Assembly (NCBI GenBank): GCA_038065415.1
Contig: JBBTRA010000005.1
Span: 8,079 to 72,078, forward strand
Direction of reading: 5' to 3'
From: Patescibacteria group bacterium
GTDB taxonomy: Bacteria; Patescibacteriota; Minisyncoccia; Phycocordibacterales; PALSA-1337
DNA: 64,000 nucleotides
Below the pieces are notes generated by a model. That model was not told where the DNA came from. It did no database searches and saw only the letters and a list, made by a program, of their open reading frames with translations. The position numbers and the translations under genes are program-made. Of this stretch, positions 28,392-36,845 are shown in pieces; positions within the stretch are counted from its first letter, which is position 1; every line of letters begins with the position of its first letter.

Positions 28392-29699
28392 ATGTTGAAA
28401 CCGCACATTTTGATACTTGGCGCAGGCTTCGGTGGCACCTATGTCGCTAAACGCCTTGCCCCGTATGTCAAAAGCGGTAAGATCGAGGTCACGCTCGTCA
28501 ATCGCACGAACTATTTTCTCTTCACGCCACTCTTGCATGAAGTAGCCACAGGAGCACTTTCACCAACAAGTGTTGCTGAGCCGTTGCGTGAGATATTCCA
28601 CGGTACGGGAGTCCGTATTGCCCAGGGAACAGTAGAGTCCGTGGATCTTGTGGCGAAAAAGGTCAAACTCAATGGATCGACTTCTTGTACACTGTCGTAT
28701 GATCATGTGGTTATTGCGACCGGAGCCGAGACCAATTATTACGGCATATCAGGTGCGGACAAGTTCACTTATCCACTCAAGGATCTCGCCGATGCCGCCC
28801 GTATCCGCTCGCAGGTTATAGATGCATTTGAGCGAGCGCTCCTCATTTCCGATCCGGTTGAGCGAGCGCGACTGCTCTCGTTCGTCGTAGTTGGTGGGGG
28901 AGCTACGGGCGTAGAGACTGCGGCAGAGCTCGCAGAGTTCGTACATGGTATGGTCAAGCGGTATTATGGTGTTACCAAGAACTGTGCCCCAAATGACTCT
29001 CGTACCTGCAAACCAGAAGAGCCACTTGTCACTCTCATACATACCGGACCAGAAATCTTACAAATGTTCGCACCCTCACTTCGCGTCGCAGCAGAGAAAA
29101 GGCTGCGCCGGAGTGGTGTGGAGCTTAGTCTCAATGCGACTGTCACAGAAGTTACCAGCCAAGGCATCAAGCTTTCATCAGGAGCATCGATACCGTCGTC
29201 TACCGTTATTTGGGCAGCTGGGGTCAAGGCGATCATTCCACATTTTGAAGGTGCCATGCCGGTTGTGGCTGGAGGCCGACTTGTAGTTGACGAGTATTTC
29301 CGTCTTGGCGGCGATTCGTCTGTATTTGCGCTGGGGGATGTGGCAGGATATCTCGATCCGGTAGCTCGCGCCGCTGATCCGACCAAAGCCAAACCACTTC
29401 CTATGTTGGCGCAAGTAGCCTCACAAGAAGCTCGGATGGTCGCAGATAATCTCAGCGCAGTCATACGTCGTCGTACACTCAAGAGCTTCAGTTACCACTC
29501 CAAGGGTAGTATGGTCTCCGTAGGGCAGTGGTTCGCTGTAGGTGAGATCCTCTCACTCAAGATTGCTGGCCGACTGACCTGGTGGGTCTGGCGTACGATA
29601 TATCTTTTCAAGTTTGCTTCATGGAAGAAGCGTCTGCGCATTGCATTTGAATGGACGCTCGAGATATTCTATCCGCGCGATATTACCAAGCTTACATAA
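28392..29699 (+). CDS. Type II NADH:quinone oxidoreductase (NDH-2) / pyridine nucleotide-disulfide oxidoreductase
   Basis: Two dinucleotide-binding GxGxxG motifs ('ILGAGFGGTY', 'VVVGGGATGVE'). C-terminal amphipathic membrane-anchor region (WWVWRTIYLFKF). Confidence 0.75.
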   Translation: MLKPHILILGAGFGGTYVAKRLAPYVKSGKIEVTLVNRTNYFLFTPLLHEVATGALSPTSVAEPLREIFHGTGVRIAQGTVESVDLVAKKVKLNGSTSCTLSYDHVVIATGAETNYYGISGADKFTYPLKDLADAARIRSQVIDAFERALLISDPVERARLLSFVVVGGGATGVETAAELAEFVHGMVKRYYGVTKNCAPNDSRTCKPEEPLVTLIHTGPEILQMFAPSLRVAAEKRLRRSGVELSLNATVTEVTSQGIKLSSGASIPSSTVIWAAGVKAIIPHFEGAMPVVAGGRLVVDEYFRLGGDSSVFALGDVAGYLDPVARAADPTKAKPLPMLAQVASQEARMVADNLSAVIRRRTLKSFSYHSKGSMVSVGQWFAVGEILSLKIAGRLTWWVWRTIYLFKFASWKKRLRIAFEWTLEIFYPRDITKLT

Positions 29700-29737
29700 A
29701 AAGCCCCGCAGAGATGCGGGGCGTGCTTTTTCAAGGA

Positions 29738-30631
29738 TCAGAACCGAAATTCTGCCATGAAATTCCAGAATGGGCCCTGGGACGAGGATGCGACGCCGAC
29801 GGAGAAGAGACTCTCGCGCCAGAACGTCTCAAAACGGACTGAGGCCTGTGGTTTGTACTGAAGCTCGTTCTCGAACGGGTACGCGTACCCACCGACGACG
29901 AGTTGTGACCGTCGCGCCAAAGTAATGATGGCGCTTGCTTCGGTCTTGATCATACCGAAGCTATTGGGGCGGAGGTATCCATAACAACGCATCTCTGTAC
30001 GGATGAATTGTCGTCCCTGATGGTGACCGAGGTTACTGTTCAGGTAGACGTATGGGTTGTCCCGCCATGGCCGCCAACCGTATTCGCCGCTCCAGGGATC
30101 TTTGGAATCATTCCATTCGAAGTTCACGATATGTCGCAAACTGTTGTAGGAAGGGGTCGCAGATACTGTCTGCATGTCCTCTTCAGCGGTATTGCCGATC
30201 GATCCGCGAAAGAGGCCTCCGAAGAACTTGGTTACCCTGTGGCCGAGATTCCTACCCATGTCCTCGTACTCTCCGACCGGGAAGGTTTCTACAGCGGCTT
30301 CGCGTGCCGCGGCTCCCATGATCTTGTAGATGGTTTTACCTCCATAGGTGTTCATGTATTCATGAATACCATAACCCTGTGCGCTCTGTAGCTGCATCCA
30401 ACTCAGGGATGATGGTGAACCGAAGCGGTCATAGAAGATACGCGATCCGGCGGGGACGAGCTCTTCCCTCCATCGTGGCGTAAATCTGGTGCTACTGATG
30501 GTTTGGGTAATATGGAGCTCATTGGTATTCCGTGTGAGCGTCGGAGGCTCCCGATTGGTACTTTCCGAAGCATGGACCGTCTCAAGGAAGAGACAGCCCG
30601 CTATCCCGAAGGACCAGAATGCCTTGTTCAT
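29738..30631 (-). CDS. Secreted beta-rich protein with outer-membrane-beta-barrel-like C-terminus (ends …AEFRF)
   Basis: Signal peptide MNKAFWSFGIAGCLFLETVHA; start at the internal ATG 30631. Aromatic-rich alternating pattern. The C-terminal Phe is reminiscent of LpxR/MipA-type outer-membrane proteins. Confidence 0.35.
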   Translation of the reverse strand: MNKAFWSFGIAGCLFLETVHASESTNREPPTLTRNTNELHITQTISSTRFTPRWREELVPAGSRIFYDRFGSPSSLSWMQLQSAQGYGIHEYMNTYGGKTIYKIMGAAAREAAVETFPVGEYEDMGRNLGHRVTKFFGGLFRGSIGNTAEEDMQTVSATPSYNSLRHIVNFEWNDSKDPWSGEYGWRPWRDNPYVYLNSNLGHHQGRQFIRTEMRCYGYLRPNSFGMIKTEASAIITLARRSQLVVGGYAYPFENELQYKPQASVRFETFWRESLFSVGVASSSQGPFWNFMAEFRF

Positions 30632-30756
30632 AGAGGGCCTTTCCGTTGAATTGTGGTTGTGTGTACTGTGAAGCTCTGGCAAGTATAGACCCAAAATGCC
30701 GGCGCGCAAGCGACGGGAAAATCAGGTAACAGTATCTATAATATGGCAAATAAGAG

Positions 30757-31263
30757 CTATTTTCTGCGACCACTGAGGATGTTGATCCCTTCGGCGGTTA
30801 TCGTAGCAGTTGCCGCATCGAGAGTTCCTGTGACGAGGACTCGTGCACCAGGGGCAAGGTCAGTGACTGAGTCGAGTTTCCCGTCGCGCATGTATACTGT
30901 AGAAGCTGAAGTCGCAACGACATAGGTGCTCTGAGCAGTGCTCGAAGCGTGTCTGCCGTACGCCCCACGACGCATCATGAAGCCGTCGGCATTCAAAGAA
31001 ACGACTTCGCCCACATGTTTGAGTGACATGACGCCTTGTTTGAGTCGTACGGCGTCACCACGCTCTTTTTTCTTCCTAAATTCAGGAGTGGATGAAGCTG
31101 GCCGTTCTCGGGTGGGGCGGCTTATGGATATATTTGTATTGTCTTTGACTCGTGTACCCCAAGTGACGGGGGTAGTGCTGGCTGCGAAGGTGGTGCTACT
31201 CCATGCGAGTGAGCCCATGACTGCTAGATTGGCGATAATGCGTGTGCGTTTGTATTTTTTCAT
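30757..31263 (-). CDS. Secreted hypothetical protein
   Basis: Signal peptide MKKYKRTRIIANLAVMGSLAWSSTTFA. Beta-rich C-terminal part. No motif recognised. Confidence 0.4.
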   Translation of the reverse strand: MKKYKRTRIIANLAVMGSLAWSSTTFAASTTPVTWGTRVKDNTNISISRPTRERPASSTPEFRKKKERGDAVRLKQGVMSLKHVGEVVSLNADGFMMRRGAYGRHASSTAQSTYVVATSASTVYMRDGKLDSVTDLAPGARVLVTGTLDAATATITAEGINILSGRRK

Positions 31264-31415
31264 GGAATGCGTTGAAAGGTATTAGGCCCATAAATGAAGC
31301 TCTTTCGTATGCTCGCGGGTTAGGCTCATAATCTTCGACCGTTCGTATATGCATACGATTCGCTCGCGAATTTTGGTGCACGTGGTTTGAATTTTTGCAG
31401 GGTCGCTTACGAGAA

Positions 31416-31447
31416 ATCGGGCCGCTCCAGAGAAGGAGCGGCCCGAT
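31416..31447 (-). terminator. GC-rich hairpin (13-bp perfect stem) downstream of the minus-strand gene 31466-31852
   Basis: ATCGGGCCGCTCC-agagaa-GGAGCGGCCCGAT. A weak U-tract (TTCTCGT) follows on the minus strand. Confidence 0.4.
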
Positions 31448-31465
31448 AGGGACTGAGACACAGAC

Positions 31466-31852
31466 TTACGCGGTGAGGCCTGCTTGTGCAGCGCGCCGGC
31501 GTTCGTAGAGTGCAAGGAGCTTCGGAGGCGCTTTCATGGTGGATCCAACGCGAGGGCCGATTGTGTTCATGCTGACTGCCAAGTTATCTCCGATCTGCCG
31601 TTCGGCGAGCTCGAGGATGCGTTGTTCAGACATCTCCACGGGAGGTTTCATCGTTGTTCTTCGCCAACCTGCGCTTGGGACACTCTCTTGGACCAGCCAT
31701 ATCTTGCCTGGCTTATCGATGAGGCGCCCTTTGACGCAGAAGCAGACATTGCCATCTTTGAACCGCAAGTCTTTCTTGACCAGTAACGTTGTACTCATAG
31801 TATCGTGTATACCGAATCGTCTTTTGTATGTGAATGCGAGTTTTGCGAACAT
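31466..31852 (-). CDS. Hypothetical protein
   Basis: ORF. The probable start is the internal ATG (MSTTLLVKKDLRF…). No motif recognised. Confidence 0.35.
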   Translation of the reverse strand: MFAKLAFTYKRRFGIHDTMSTTLLVKKDLRFKDGNVCFCVKGRLIDKPGKIWLVQESVPSAGWRRTTMKPPVEMSEQRILELAERQIGDNLAVSMNTIGPRVGSTMKAPPKLLALYERRRAAQAGLTA

Positions 31853-31880
31853 GCTAACCCGGGCGTACTATAATATAAAA

Positions 31881-32315
31881 ATGGGTGCAGGTCAATGCAT
31901 ACTTCAGACATGCTACAATCTGTGCATGGTATCTGATGAATTCTCATCGCTGGTGGCACATATCAGATGGTCTCCTGTGCCCGAGCGCTTTCGTAGTCTT
32001 ATCTCTAATGTAGCATTGTTGATTGAAGATGAGCCCACACTCGAGACGCGCCAATCCTTGGATCTTTCTGAGGGAGAAACATTGCTCGGTTTGTATCATG
32101 GTATACCTCGTACTGCGCGTGGAGAGAGTTATGGTGTTGGTATGGTTCTACCTGATACGATCACGCTCTATCGTTTACCCATTCTCGCGGCAGCTGCGGA
32201 AGATGGTATATCTGTGCGTCAGGTGGTCGAGGATACGATCTGGCATGAAGTCGCCCATCACTTCGGATTGGATGAGAACGAAGTAGGGAGGCGAGAGGCT
32301 GAGCGAAATGCATAG
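31881..32315 (+). CDS. Zincin-like metallopeptidase-fold protein (HExxH)
   Basis: C-terminal 'DTIWHEVAHHFGLDE' HExxH motif. About 140 aa, typical of the small 'metallopeptidase family protein' group. The 5' part of the ORF track 31536-32315 overlaps the upstream gene and is rejected. Confidence 0.55.
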   Translation: MGAGQCILQTCYNLCMVSDEFSSLVAHIRWSPVPERFRSLISNVALLIEDEPTLETRQSLDLSEGETLLGLYHGIPRTARGESYGVGMVLPDTITLYRLPILAAAAEDGISVRQVVEDTIWHEVAHHFGLDENEVGRREAERNA

Positions 32316-32514
32316 AGTTGGCCGGACACCTCAATTGAGATGTCCGGCCGGTATGGGCCCCCGCAAGGGCCACTGTTCTCGTCGTACCCGTCCTGCTTGG
32401 CGTTACCGCATGCAAGCGCGGTTCAACGAGCACTCTAGCATGCACACGCTCAGGTAGCAAGGTTTTCGCGGGTTCGCTTCCTAATATCTCAAAAATGTTG
32501 TAATGTAGACATTC

Positions 32515-34077
32515 ATGGCAAAAAAGTCAGTACAATCAGTTTCTCCGACCAAAGCCTTCTCCGGTGACACCATCGTGCGTTTTGAGGATGTGTCGTTCGA
32601 GTACAGCCCCAACAAACCCATTCTCGAGGAAGTTTCTTTCAATGTGCGCCGCGGAACCAAGGTTACCATCATGGGACAGAATGGTGCAGGCAAAAGTACA
32701 CTCTTCGGTCTCATTCTCGGAGCTGAGCATGATGGCAACACCACAGAAGGTCATACTCCGGAATCCGGTGAGATCCATATTGCAAAAGGCTCTACGGTCG
32801 CCACTGCTCGCCAAGTTATTCCTCGCGGACAGCTCGAGCTCACCGTGCGTGAATTCTTTGCATCATGTTTCGCTGAGAAGAAATACGACCTCGATCCGAA
32901 AATTGATGAGATCCTCGAGGTAGTCAATCTGAATGTGCCTACACCTGGTAAGGCAGGGGTGACTGATGTGAAGGATCGTCTGGTGAAAACATTTTCCGGA
33001 GGACAGCAGGCGCGTCTCTTGCTCGCTTCGGCGCTCATACAAGATCCCGACATCCTGCTTCTCGATGAGCCGACCAACAATCTGGACAAGGCGGGTATCG
33101 AGCATCTTACTGACTTCCTCATCAACTACCAGAAGACCTGTCTCGTGATTTCCCACGATGCGGATTTCTTGAATGCATTCACGCACGGGGTCCTCTATCT
33201 CGATGTGCATACGCACAAGGTTGAGCAGTATGTAGGTGACTACTTTGATGTGGTGGAGCAGATCAGTGCACGCATCGACAAAGAGAATATGAAGAACGCT
33301 CAGCTCGAAAAGCAGATCCAAGCCAACAAAGATCAGGCCAATATGTTCGCGATGAAAGGTGGTCAGATGCGTCTTGTGGCAAAGCGTATGCGTGAGCGTG
33401 CCGAAGAGATGGAGGAAGAGATCGTTGATGTGCGCAAGGAAGACAAGACCATCAAGCCGTTCACCATCCCTTCACAGCCAGATCTCACGGGTGAAGTGAT
33501 CAAGATTGAGTCATATACCATAATGGATCCGGAGAAACATAAGATCGTGAAGAGGACCTGTTCGATCGCGCTTCGCAAGAGGAATCACCTCATCCTTTCT
33601 GGCCCCAACGGCATTGGTAAATCGACTCTTCTCGAAAAGATCGTGAATGGTGCTGAGGGTGTGACCATCTCGCCAGGTGTCCGCGTCGGATATTACCGCC
33701 AGGACTTTTCGATGATGGATTTCAATGATACCGTGTATCAGTCGCTCGAGAAGATCATCCGCGCCAGCCAAGGCCATCTTGTTGAGACTGAGCTGCGAGC
33801 CACGGCCGCAAGTTTTCTTATAGGTGCTGATGCTATACATACCAAGATCGGCTCGCTCTCAGAAGGGCAGAAAGGTCTAGTTGCCTTTGCTCGCCTCGTT
33901 CTTCAGAAGCCTGGTCTCCTCATTCTCGATGAGCCAACCAACCATATCAATTTCCGTCATTTGCCTGTGATCGCTAAGGCACTCGATAGTTACGAAGGAG
34001 CCATGATACTCGTCTCGCATGTCCCGGAATTCGTGAAGCAGATCAGGATCGACGAGGTGCTCGAGCTCGGTAAGTAG
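32515..34077 (+). CDS. ABC-F family ATPase (tandem ABC domains, no TM domain)
   Basis: Walker A 'GQNGAGKSTL' and 'GPNGIGKSTL'. Signatures 'FSGGQQARLLLA' and 'LSEGQKGLVAFA'. D-loops 'LLLDEPTNNLD' and 'LILDEPTNHIN'. A charged linker lies between the two domains. Confidence 0.85.
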   Translation: MAKKSVQSVSPTKAFSGDTIVRFEDVSFEYSPNKPILEEVSFNVRRGTKVTIMGQNGAGKSTLFGLILGAEHDGNTTEGHTPESGEIHIAKGSTVATARQVIPRGQLELTVREFFASCFAEKKYDLDPKIDEILEVVNLNVPTPGKAGVTDVKDRLVKTFSGGQQARLLLASALIQDPDILLLDEPTNNLDKAGIEHLTDFLINYQKTCLVISHDADFLNAFTHGVLYLDVHTHKVEQYVGDYFDVVEQISARIDKENMKNAQLEKQIQANKDQANMFAMKGGQMRLVAKRMRERAEEMEEEIVDVRKEDKTIKPFTIPSQPDLTGEVIKIESYTIMDPEKHKIVKRTCSIALRKRNHLILSGPNGIGKSTLLEKIVNGAEGVTISPGVRVGYYRQDFSMMDFNDTVYQSLEKIIRASQGHLVETELRATAASFLIGADAIHTKIGSLSEGQKGLVAFARLVLQKPGLLILDEPTNHINFRHLPVIAKALDSYEGAMILVSHVPEFVKQIRIDEVLELGK

Positions 34078-34167
34078 CTCAGTTGACTTATTAACCCATT
34101 TGTGGTTATCTGAAATCAGATACACACTGAACGCCGTTTATCGGCAACACAACACAAAGGGAGACAG

Positions 34168-34782
34168 ATGCTTGATAAGATACTAAAATTCCTGAAAGCG
34201 GCTGAGAACCGCGAAACATTCTTCCGGCGGATCGCCGTGTACTATCCCAAATCAGACATGCGCTATCGCGAGATCGAACGCGCATACAACCTGGTCAAAG
34301 ATGAGTTCCGCGGCAAGACTCGCGAAGGGGGAGGAAGATACTTCGAGCACATCCGTGCCGCAGCACTCATCCTCATCGAGTACCTTCGGGTGAAGGATTA
34401 CCGGTTGATCATCGCTATCCTGCTCCATGACCTCGTCGAGGATATCCCCGCGTGGACGATCGAGCGAGTTCGGCAGGAGTTTGGCGACTACATCGCCATG
34501 CTGGTCGACTACATGACCAAGCCGAGCAAGAAGGAATATCCTGACAAGAGGGAACGTGAACGCGTCTACCATACCCGTTTCCGCTTCGCTCCGCGCGAGT
34601 TCTTCATGCTCAAGCTTCCAGATCGTCTCCATAATGTGATCACATTGCCCGGATGCGCCAAGGAGAAGCGTCTGCGCAAAATCGCCGAGACACGTGAGCA
34701 CTATCTGCCGTACGCGGAGGAGCAGATGATCCTGCTTCATGAGCTCGAGGAGGCTCTGGAGATTGCCGAGAAGGCGGCCTGA
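34168..34782 (+). CDS. HD-domain protein of the RelA/SpoT hydrolase type (small alarmone hydrolase-like)
   Basis: 'YFEHIRAAALIL…AILLHDLVEDI' (H…HD…ED) matches the (p)ppGpp hydrolase HD motif. Single-domain protein of 204 aa. AAGGGAG ribosome-binding site upstream. Confidence 0.6.
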   Translation: MLDKILKFLKAAENRETFFRRIAVYYPKSDMRYREIERAYNLVKDEFRGKTREGGGRYFEHIRAAALILIEYLRVKDYRLIIAILLHDLVEDIPAWTIERVRQEFGDYIAMLVDYMTKPSKKEYPDKRERERVYHTRFRFAPREFFMLKLPDRLHNVITLPGCAKEKRLRKIAETREHYLPYAEEQMILLHELEEALEIAEKAA

Positions 34783-34862
34783 GCCGCTCGAGGTTCTGCT
34801 AAGCACTAACACAGCCGACATTTCGTCGGCTTTTTATATACCCGTCGGTAGCTGGGAGAGTT

Positions 34863-34891
34863 TTGACAAATATAAAAAAATATGTTTATAT
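34863..34891 (+). promoter_or_regulatory. Sigma-70-type promoter: TTGACA – 17 nt – TTATAT
   Basis: −35 TTGACA at 34863-34868 and −10 TTATAT at 34886-34891, 21 nt upstream of ATG 34913. Confidence 0.5.
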
Positions 34892-34912
34892 ACCTCCAGA
34901 TTCTTTCACAAT

Positions 34913-36154
34913 ATGAACACACACAATCGATTGGAACCACACGCTATGAATATGACCAACCAGCATGCTAGTCATGCATTCCGTATTATTGGGCAAGTCT
35001 CTGAGGCATATGCCGAATCAGACATGTCCGATGTCCTCCTCCTATCCTGTCAGCATCTCCTGGCTCCGCAACTTGCGATGTTCAGCTCCTTCTTTGGGGC
35101 CGGACTCAAGCCGGAGAACTGCTTGATTGCAGGCAAGAACTACTCGACCAATGCAGATGTCGTCGCAGAATTGCGCCGAGCGCGCTGCGTCGTAGCTCCG
35201 TTCAGCGATCAGTTCGATCCACTCATAAGCTTCGACAAATGGTTCACGCCTCGGCTCGCCGCATGGGTCAAGGAGATCTTGATCGAGCGCAACCTCGGTC
35301 TGATCCGCAGGATCATCGTGCTTGATGACGGTGGTCATATGCATGAGGCGGTGAACTCATTCTTGGGACATGATCCTCGTATCGCTGGCGTGGAGCAGAC
35401 CTCATCCGGCAAAGCGCGCATCGAGCGACTCAAGATACGCTTCAACCGCCACATGGTGGCCACGAGTGTCTACAAGCAACGCGACGAGGCATACTTCATC
35501 GGCGCCTTGGGTGCAGACCGAATCATGAGTCAGATCGCTCGTCGAGGAGCTCCGTCTTCTCGTATCTTGGTCCTTGGCCTCGGCACAATCGGTCGGAACA
35601 CGGCGCTCCGCCTGTATCTCAATCATGGGATGGAGGTCAGGGTCGCCGATCCTGGATATCGTGATCCGAGTCGGAAGCTCTGGACAGAGCGCGCAAATCA
35701 GATGTTCGAAGCCAGAGGGGTATTCTTGGAATACGGCGAAGCAATGACTAGTCTCGAGGACTATGATGTCATCATTGGCGCGAGCGGTTCGCAAGTTCTG
35801 AGTGCTCGTCAAGTCCATGAACGGCTGCATCCCCGAGCCTTGCTCATCAGCATGTCGTCGGGGGATGGGGAATTCCCAGCAACAGAGTTCCGGAAGCGCT
35901 ATCACACGGTCCACAGCGACTGCGTCATGGAGCATCGGTGCTTGGCAAATGCAGGATTCCCGATCACATTCCGTGGAGCGATGCATGAGATTCATCCGCT
36001 GCAGATCGAGCTGACTATGGCACTTCTCCAGGCATCCGTTATGGATCTGTCCACACATGAAGACGGTCGTAGCCCTGGTCTCGGCTATGTGGTTTCTCAG
36101 GCTCATGCGAGCTGGCGTCGCGAGCTCGCCGAAGAAGGCTTCGTGAGTGTCTAG
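34913..36154 (+). CDS. Divergent S-adenosyl-L-homocysteine hydrolase (AdoHcyase)-family Rossmann protein
   Basis: 'RRIIVLDDGGHMHEAV' resembles the SAHH 'LDDGGD' motif. 'GVEQTSSGKARIERL' resembles the SAHH 'EETTTGV.RL' motif. NAD-binding 'VLGLGTIGRNTA' (GxGxxG). Length about 413 aa from ATG 34913. The 5' part of track ORF 34739-36154 overlaps the HD gene. Confidence 0.45.
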   Translation: MNTHNRLEPHAMNMTNQHASHAFRIIGQVSEAYAESDMSDVLLLSCQHLLAPQLAMFSSFFGAGLKPENCLIAGKNYSTNADVVAELRRARCVVAPFSDQFDPLISFDKWFTPRLAAWVKEILIERNLGLIRRIIVLDDGGHMHEAVNSFLGHDPRIAGVEQTSSGKARIERLKIRFNRHMVATSVYKQRDEAYFIGALGADRIMSQIARRGAPSSRILVLGLGTIGRNTALRLYLNHGMEVRVADPGYRDPSRKLWTERANQMFEARGVFLEYGEAMTSLEDYDVIIGASGSQVLSARQVHERLHPRALLISMSSGDGEFPATEFRKRYHTVHSDCVMEHRCLANAGFPITFRGAMHEIHPLQIELTMALLQASVMDLSTHEDGRSPGLGYVVSQAHASWRRELAEEGFVSV

Positions 36155-36177
36155 ACTGTGTGACAGCTCCTTTGCGT

Positions 36178-36206
36178 AATCCCTGCATCCGTGTGGGGAT
36201 TTTTTA
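36178..36206 (+). terminator. Rho-independent terminator after the SAHH-like gene
   Basis: The hairpin AATCCC…GGGATT is followed by TTTTT. Confidence 0.5.
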
Positions 36207-36237
36207 TATTCAAGAAGGCGGTAGTAGGAGGAAATGT

Positions 36238-36266
36238 TTGACAAAAATACAAAATAATGTTTAGAT
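36238..36266 (+). promoter_or_regulatory. Sigma-70-type promoter: TTGACA – 17 nt – TTAGAT (near-identical to the 34863 promoter)
   Basis: The two promoters match at 23 of 29 positions: TTGACAAAAATACAAAATAATGTTTAGAT versus TTGACAAATATAAAAAAATATGTTTATAT. Confidence 0.45.
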
Positions 36267-36301
36267 AGCTATCTATATCATTATCAATCTATTCAACACA
36301 C

Positions 36302-36754
36302 ATGGCAGGATTCAAAAACACAGGCGGTAAGAGGGGTTTCAAGGGCGCTCCCCGAGGAAGTTTTGGAGGTGGCTTTGGCGGTGGCAAGAAATTCGGAGGC
36401 CCAAAGAAGTTCGGCTCCAAGCCATTTAAGAAATTCGATCGTGATGATCGCGAACAAGTGATGCATGCTGCTGTCTGTAGTACATGCAAGAAGCCGTGTC
36501 AGGTCCCATTTCCGCCATCTGCCGACAAGCCAGTCTATTGCCGTGATTGTTTTGCTGGCCGCGCTGCTCTCGGTGGTGATCGTTCGTTCCACAAGGAGCG
36601 TAAGTTTCCGCTTGCAGCTGGACGTACTCCTCAGCCAGCACCAAAGTATGAGAGTGGGGAGGGTCACAGTCTCAAGAAGCAGGTAGATGCTATGAATATC
36701 AAGCTCGATAGACTGATAGAGGTTGTCGAAGCTTTCCTTTCTAGAAACCAGTAA
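36302..36754 (+). CDS. Gly/Arg/Lys-rich protein with a CxxC-x17-CxxC zinc-ribbon domain
   Basis: RGG/GGF-type low-complexity N-terminus. 'CSTCKKPCQVPFPPSADKPVYCRDC' gives exactly C-x2-C-x17-C-x2-C. Coiled C-terminus. Confidence 0.6.
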   Translation: MAGFKNTGGKRGFKGAPRGSFGGGFGGGKKFGGPKKFGSKPFKKFDRDDREQVMHAAVCSTCKKPCQVPFPPSADKPVYCRDCFAGRAALGGDRSFHKERKFPLAAGRTPQPAPKYESGEGHSLKKQVDAMNIKLDRLIEVVEAFLSRNQ

Positions 36755-36845
36755 TACTTTCACTGGATTTCAGATAATAAAAAACGGCTCGCATACGCGG
36801 GCCGTTGTGGTTTGTTTTCTGATTTCTGGAGCATGAAGCGATGCT

